Of a stretch of 64,000 nt of DNA, positions 56,701 through 64,000 are shown in pieces. The translations under genes were made by a program, and so were the position numbers. The notes below the pieces were generated by a model. It saw only the letters and a program-made list of their open reading frames with translations. It was not told the origin of the DNA and did no database searches. The stretch comes from the human T2T-CHM13v2.0 reference genome, Homo sapiens: assembly GCF_009914755.1 (NCBI RefSeq), contig NC_060947.1. One strand, given 5' to 3'. How positions within the stretch are numbered: position 1 is the first letter of the stretch; each line of letters begins with the position of its first letter.

Positions 56701-58075
56701 GGCAAATGATTTTAATAGACATTTCTCTAAATAAGATATACAGATGACCAATAAGCATATGGAAAGATGCTCTACATCACTACTTGTCAGAAAAGTACAA
56801 ATTAAAACTACAATGAGATAGAACTTTGCATCCATTAGAATGTCTATTATCAAAACCACAGAAAATAATAAGTGTTGGCAAAGATGAGAAATTGGAACTC
56901 ATGAAATGCTTGTGGGCATGTAAAATGGTGCAGCTACTGTGGAAAACAGTTCCTCAAATAATTAAACATAAAATTAACAAAGACAACAGCAATTCCACTT
57001 CTGTCTATATAAGCAAAAGAAATAAAAGCAGTGACTTGAATAAATACTGGCACACTTATGTTTATAGCAGTATTATTCACAATAGTAAAGAAATGGAATC
57101 AACCCAAATGCCTATAAATGGATGATTGGATAAGCAAATTATGGCCTATCCATACAATCGAATATTATTGAACCTTGACTAGGAAGGAAATTTGGACAAT
57201 TGCTACAACATGGATGGATCTTGAAACATTATGCAAAGTGAAATAAACCAGACAAAAAAGGACACATATTGTATGATTCTACTTATATAAAGCCCCCAAA
57301 GTAGTCAAATTCATAGAGGCAGAAAACAGAATGGTGTTGCCAAGAGCCAAGAAGGGGGAACGGAAAGTTATTGTTTAATTGGCACAGAGTTTCAGTTTGA
57401 GAAGACAAAAAGGTTCTGGAGTTGGATGGTGTAATAGTTAATATAAAGTGTTAACTTGATTGGATTGAAGGATGAGGGTGTTGCCAAAGGGATTAACATT
57501 TGAGTCAGTTTACTGGGAGAGGCAGACCCACCCTCTTATCAGGGTGGGCACCATCTAATCATCTGCTAGTGCAGCTAAAATAAAGCAGGCAGAAGAAGTT
57601 GAAAAAGAGCAGACTTGCTGTCTTCTGGCCTTCGTATTTCTCCCGTGCTATTTGCTTTCTATTGTCAAACATCAGACTCCAAGTTCTCCAGCTTGTGGAC
57701 TCTTGGACTTAAACCAGTGGTTTGCCAGTGGCTCTTGGGCCTTTGGCCACAGACTGAAGGCTGCACTGTTGAGTTCCCTACTTTTCAGGTTTTAGAGCTT
57801 GGACTGATCCATCACTGGCTTCCTTCTTCCTCAACTTGCAGATGGCCTACTGTGGGACTTTACCTTGTGATCATGTGACTCAGCTATCCTTAATAAGCTC
57901 CCTTTCATATATACATATATCCTATTAGTTCTGTCCCTCTAGAGAACCCTAATACAGATGGTGTTCATGATTGCACAAAAATGTGAATGTACTTAATGTC
58001 ATTAATTGAACGCCATACTTAAAATGGTTAAAATTGTTAATTTTATGTTACGTATATTTTAAAAATAACAAAACA
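53731..58075 (+). mobile_element. L1MB(1-3)-like element, ORF2 through 3' UTR, interrupted by MLT2A
   Basis: Collinear decayed EN, RT and C-terminal motifs; 3' end gttctggagttggatgg|...atgtacttaatgtca...aaatggttaaaattgttaattttatgtta. Confidence 0.85.
57430..57956 (+). mobile_element. MLT2A (HERV-L) solo LTR
   Basis: tgtaatagttaat...aacttgattggattgaaggatg...tctagagaaccctaataca; perfect 5-bp TSD gatgg (57425-57429 / 57957-57961). Confidence 0.92.
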
Positions 58076-58129
58076 TAACTGCAGATTTGATATTGCACAG
58101 AGCATGATACAGCATGATTAAATAAGAAT

Positions 58130-61100
58130 TCAATAACAAAAAAATAACTGAAGTGTCCAAATGTACGGAAATTAAGCAACACAATTCTAGGCAATTCATA
58201 GGTTAATCAATAAATCAGCGTAAATCTTAAAATATTTTAAAGTAAATGATTATAAAAATATGACAGGTCACAATGTGTGAGATGCAACAAAAGCTGAGAG
58301 ATTATTTATAGCTTTTAATGCATATTTTAGAAAGAAAAAATAAATTATCTCTGTTTCCAACTAAAAAAAGCAGAAAAAGCACAGCAAATAACACTTAAGA
58401 AAAATAAAGGAAAAAGTAATGTAAATCTAATGTCAGAAATGTAAAACAGATATACAATAGAGAAAATTCAACAAAAGCAAACATTTATTATTTTATAATA
58501 AAATTAATAAACCCATAGGAAGATTGACCAAGAAATAGACAATGCATGGATTACCAATATCAGAAATGAAATAAGATTCATCTTTAGGATCCTGAATACA
58601 TTAAAGGATAAAAAGAGCACATTATAAGCAACTTTATGTAATAAAGTTGACACATTAAATAAAATAAAAAAATTAAAGAGATAATTTGCTAAAATGAATA
58701 CAAAAAGAAACAAAGTTTAAATAGTAAGATGATTTATTAAAGAAATTAAATCTGCACTTAGACAAAGAAAATTCTAATCCTGGATGGTTTCACTGGTAAA
58801 CTCTTCCAAACATGTAAGAAAGAAATAATACAAATCTTACACAAATTCTTATAGACAAGAGAAATTAAAAATAAATACCTTCCAACAGTTTGTATGAAGC
58901 TAGTATAACCATAATATGAAAACCTGACAAAGATATTTCAAGAAAGGAAGACTATTGGCCATATTAAACTTGGATGTAAAAATTCAAAATATTAGCAAAT
59001 ATAATCCAGTGGTACATATAAAGCATAGTGCATCATGACCAAGTAAAATTTATTCAGAGAATGCTAGGTTGGTTTAACATTTGAAAATCAATCACTATAA
59101 TTCTGCACATTCACATAATAAAGGAGAAAACATAAGATTATCTCCATAGATGCAGATAAAATATTGAGAACATTGAACAGCTATTTATGGTAAAATCCTC
59201 AGAAAATTAGAAGAAAGACATTTCTTTAATGTGGTAAATAATGTCCAATGAAATTTAAAGATATTATCCATTTTAATGGTAAAATGTTAAAACTCCCTGA
59301 GGTTACTACTAATCAAAGATGCCAACCATTATCCCTTCTATTTATTATTGAATAAAGATTATAGTCAATGCAATAAGACATTGAAAAAATAATAAAAGAA
59401 TCACAGATAACTTGTAAGTATATGTATAAAATCTTTAAAAATCTGGAAACTATTATAATTAGTAAAATAATACAGCCAAGTCAATGAGTACAAGATTAAT
59501 ACAAAATATCAGCTTTTCCATATACTGGCCAAATAAATAGGAAATTATATTTTTAAAATACCATTTAAAATATAAAATATTAAATATCTTGTTAATATTT
59601 CTACAGAAATATACACAAGAATTCTACACTAAAAACTATAAAATATCACCAAGAAAAACTGATAACAACCTGAATAAATCCAAGGTCATGGATAAGAGGA
59701 CTTCATATTGTTATAATGTCAGTTCTCCAAAAATTTATCTATAGATTCCAATCAAAATCTCAACAGGCTTTTTATTGTGTCCAGTGAGCTGATTTTAAAA
59801 TTTATATAGAAATGCAAATGGCAAAGAATAACCAAGGCAATCTGGAAGAACAAAGCTGGAGAATTTATACTACAAAAGTCATGGCCTCTTACTGAAATTT
59901 AATAAAGTTTAATATTGACACAAGAATAAACAAATAGAACAACGGACAATCTAAGAGGGTCCACAAATAGATGCATACCTGTATTGATCATCTAGTATAT
60001 GATAAAGTTGAAACTACATAGCACTGTGGAAAGTATCATTTTTCAGTAAATGAGTCACAGGGTCAATATGATATCCAACATAGGGATTAATTTTTGCTCT
60101 TACATGACATCATAAAAAGGCCAGATAAACAGAGGACCTAAATATCAAAGAATTTCCATAAAAATAGAAATATCAAAGAATTTCTTTAAAAAATAGAAAA
60201 TTTACGTGAAAGTATATAAAGACACCTTTATGACTTTGGAGTAGACACATATTTTCAAACAAGACATTAAGATTACCAATGATAAATAGAAAATTGATAA
60301 ATTGGACTATATTATGACTTAAACTTCTGTTCATCAGAAGACGCCAATAGGAAGAGTGAATAGATAGCCCACAAAGTGGGAAAAGGTATTTACAAAACAT
60401 ATTCCCCTCAAAAAAGGTTTAGATCCAGAATATATAAAGAGCTTTTATCAAATAAATAGGAAAAGAGAAAATCTTTTTTTAAATGAGCAAAAAACTCAAA
60501 TAAGTACCTTACAGAAATGATATTTAAATTGGGAGTGGGTGCTGAGCTTCATTAGTCATCAAGAGAAATTAAAAGTAAAACCAGAACTTTATAACACTAC
60601 ATACCCTGTAGAATGGCTAAATTGAAAAAGAAAAATGATGCTGTTGTAAACATTCTTCTACTAATTGGGTAGAAATATACAGTTTATCTGTTGGGTATAT
60701 ACTTATTAGTGTAAAGACTGTCTGAAAAGTACACATATGTTATTTTTTGTATAAACTTCCAAACTGTTTTCCAGTGTTTATACCAACTTGCCTTCCCACA
60801 GTTGATGAGAGTTCTAGTAGCTCTTGAAATGTGTCTTGATAGCATTCATAATAAGCAAGCAGTAGATAAATGGATTCTAGTATGTTCACAAAATGGAATG
60901 CTATAAAGCAAGGAAAATGAACAAATTTCAACTACACACAAAAATATGGTTGAATCTTATAAACAATATGTAAAAGAATCTAGGCACAAAAGATTACATA
61001 TTATATTATTTTATTAATATAAAGTTTAAAACACTAATCTGCATTTTCAGAAGTCAGGTTAGTGATTACCTTGATGGTGGAGGGAGAGAAGTGTATAGTG
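58130..61100 (+). mobile_element. Ancient L1ME-like ORF2 and 3' UTR with an internal inverted segment (~60638-60825)
   Basis: Heavily decayed ORF2 motifs (gatggtttcactggtaaa, tagatgcagataaa, agaacaaagctggagaa); 3' UTR gaagtcaggttagtgattacc. Confidence 0.75.
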
Positions 61101-61159
61101 ACCGGAAGTATAAATTTTGGTAAGTGCAAAGAAGGATGGGAAAGGTTAAAATATTATTG

Positions 61160-61450
61160 GTGAAAAGTGAGCATGTGAGCACAGACTTTGGTGTCACAGA
61201 GAGGAAAGAGCCCAGGCTTTGGGTTTATACCAAAAGGGATCTAAGTCTTCACTCTTTTACTAGCTGGTTAACCCTAAGCAAGTTACTTAACACTCTAATA
61301 TTCAAGTATTCACTTATTAACACAGAGATGAAAATCCGTGCTTTACATTGATTTTCTGTGCATTAAGGAAAATAGAACTTAGGTAAAAAGAACTTAGTTT
61401 CATGGTTGGCATATGATAAATCGTCAACAAATGGTAGCAGTTACTATTTT
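61160..61450 (+). mobile_element. MIR SINE
   Basis: tactagctggttaaccctaagcaagttacttaacactct core, ending caacaaatggtagcagttactatt. Confidence 0.75.
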
Positions 61451-61584
61451 TGGTAACAGAAATTAACGTGTCACACAGCGTACGATAATGTTAACCTGGT
61501 CCTGTCTGTTGTAAATGATGTGTGCTGTAGAGAAAAGAGCTATATGGATAGATAAACTGCAACTAGAGTGTAAAGGGCAGGGAT

Positions 61585-61900
61585 AAAACTTGATATTTTA
61601 GGCACTGGAAAGCCATTGTAGATTTTTAAGCATGTGGACAACATAATTCATTCTTGTGTTTTATTGCAAGGTTGTTTTGGCAATGAATATACAGAGGAGA
61701 CTGGAAAGTAGGCAGTGGCTTCTGAAGTTTAAGTTGGTAAAAGAAACTTGCACGGAAATCCAGATTGACTATAATCAATCCTAAAACTAGGATTATGATA
61801 AGGTAAATACAGTGGTAAGACAAATATATATTTGGAGGAAGAATCAACAGAGTTCCTTGAAAAGATGACAGAGATTAAATCTACTGAGGTGACTCTGTAG
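61585..61900 (-). mobile_element. L2 fragment
   Basis: ggcactggaaagccattgtagatttttaagca, atatatttggaggaagaatcaacagag. Confidence 0.6.
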
Positions 61901-64000
61901 TTACTAATGTGGTAGCATAATTTTATCCTTTATAAAAACGTAGAAAATAATAGGTAATTTTGGAAAAGATGCTAATTTTATTTTGGAGCATATGGAATTT
62001 GAAGTGATTAGCCAGGAGTGGGTTTTCTATAAGCTGTCAACAAAAGAATTTTCACATAAACCTCCTTTATGTATGTGTGTGTCTTATTTTTCACTGTTTT
62101 GCATTCTGCCAAGTTCTTGCTATTATTTTCCACAGCTTTTACTCCAGGGTTTTTTGCTGAAGATTATTTGGAAGGTTAAGCTGTATAGATTTGGTACTTT
62201 TTGGTGTGGAAATTAGATCTGAATTAACATGAGGAACTACTTAGAGAGGAAGCCCCAAAGACTGCTTATTTGTGCCCAACCAGCCAGCTCCTGCAGAGCA
62301 GGTCTTTACTATACTTCCACAGGAATTGTGTCAAGACTTGAAGATCCCACTGTCACATCTTACACTCAACATGAATAAAGAAAGCTGCTTCCAATTCCAG
62401 ATTGCACAGTCTGATTCCACAATCACGAATATTTTCCCCATTAGTTGCTGCCAAGGTAAACTTCACTTAAAATTGGTTTATAGACTGACTTCAAGAAACA
62501 TAATGTAATGATGCATGATGAGCCAAACAAATAGATAGCAGATATTCTCTTCACATACCACTAATACTTCTTGGTAAAAATTTGCAGTTTCAGGAAACTG
62601 CAACTCCCCTCAACCAAGTCTTTTTCTTTGTTTCTCTGTCTGCAAATCAGAGAAAAACTAAATTTCTCATAGGAGTGCCACCAAAACAATAAGCCTGATT
62701 GATATCAAGAATTCATCCAGAGTTTATCCTACCATGATAATGTGCTATGTGTTGTTCGAGAAGCTTAAAGTACAAAGATAACTACTTCCAGTTTAAAAAG
62801 TCCTTCAACCATTTCATGAAATGAGATTCCCTGTTGACAGAACAGAACCATTATTGACACGCAAAGAGAGCCATCTATACATCTAAGTGGTGCATGAGTA
62901 TGTATAAACCCTATAATATATATACTCATCAGATAGGCATGCTTACATCTCAGCAAAAATTGACAGTCATAGTCATTAAAATCAGCTTGGGAGGATTTTT
63001 TTCCTTACCTCTTAGTGAGATTTTCTGCTCTATTGGTGCAATGGAAACAATGCTTGTGCTCTCCAATTCAATCTCTTTTACCTACTCCATCACCACCACC
63101 AGAGACCACTCATTATCTGTAGCCTAAAACTATATGTTTCCCTTGGGGCCCAAGGTTCTTTGCCAAATTACTTTAAATGTTTACGTTTTTTTCCTAGTAT
63201 AAATAACTGATTACAACATTTGATAATGAGTATTAATGTTGAAATAATTTAAACAATGACATAGGATTCTACCCTACTCCCTTTCAAAAGGCAGTACCAC
63301 TATTTTGTTCTATCTGTACATTTTCTTTGGATGAGTCTGTGTCTGTGACAAAACCATCCTTCTTCTTTCTCCAATACAATTGCTAACACAACATTTATAT
63401 TTTTTTCTGGCTTTAGCATAGCTACTTACCTGTTATAGGATAGGATGAAGAAAACTTGGAGGACTGGGATCTGAAACAAACTCTACACCTGGATGAGAAA
63501 CACACATTTGGACCAACTCAGTCAATGGTGCTGTGAACACAATCCATCATCCAACGTATAGCATTCAAAGTGAATAATAGCTGTACTTTGTAACCTAGGC
63601 AAGCATGCCTGTAGGCAGCCATGTGCTTCAACTAATGGATGGATAACAGCTATAGGGTAGTGATACTCAAAGTCTGGGTAAGCAAGAGGCAGAGTGGAAG
63701 ATGTCCAATGGATAGTAGAGCTCTAGTCACCGTGCTAAGGTTCAGTAACAGGAATTAAGGCAGGAAGATAGAAATCAAAGCAAAGGCAAGACCCAGATAC
63801 AAGAGTATTAGGCAGACTACAAAGCCAAATGACTCAAGCACAAGAATATGAACTAAATCATATACTTTAAAAAAAATCAGTTACAATGGAGGAAGTTCAC
63901 CTGTAGTAGGGGTAAACTGACTAAGTCTCAGAGTGCTGAAAAACAGCTATTTGTACATGTTATCATCTGGATAGAATTTGTCCTAGAGAAACTGATAGAG

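Noticed and set aside
60141-60200. ~28-bp tandem duplication (aatatcaaagaatttc..aaaaatagaaa)
   Set aside because: Ordinary slippage duplication inside a dead L1.

Overview
This is primate (probably human or great ape) AT-rich, LINE-dense intergenic or intronic DNA. It is not prokaryotic. I see no recognisable host protein-coding gene, RNA gene or CRISPR array. The ORFs in the track are decayed L1 ORF1/ORF2 pieces, their antisense shadows, MaLR-internal remnants or chance ORFs. Most of the window is nested retroelements: L1PA, L1PB and L1M LINEs, Alus, MaLR (THE1/MST/MLT1), ERVL (MLT2) and MER4-group LTRs, MIR, L2 and hAT MITEs. Subfamily names come from recalled consensus features and need RepeatMasker confirmation. 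The most notable structure is a pair of inverted ~3.3 kb L1PB1-type elements (about 2.44-5.79 kb and 10.65-13.97 kb) around a ~4.9 kb spacer. Each has its own degenerate target-site duplication (TSD), yet they share one twin-priming junction and are patchily near-identical. That fits repeated gene conversion and a candidate invertible segment. Other rearrangement scars include a ~190-bp-arm palindrome with an AT-rich loop (20.0-20.7 kb), a 75-nt fold-back hairpin with templated inserts (50.55 kb), a 16-nt twin-priming micro-inversion on an L1PA3-like element and an in-place inversion in an L1ME. I found no evidence of a new gene system.
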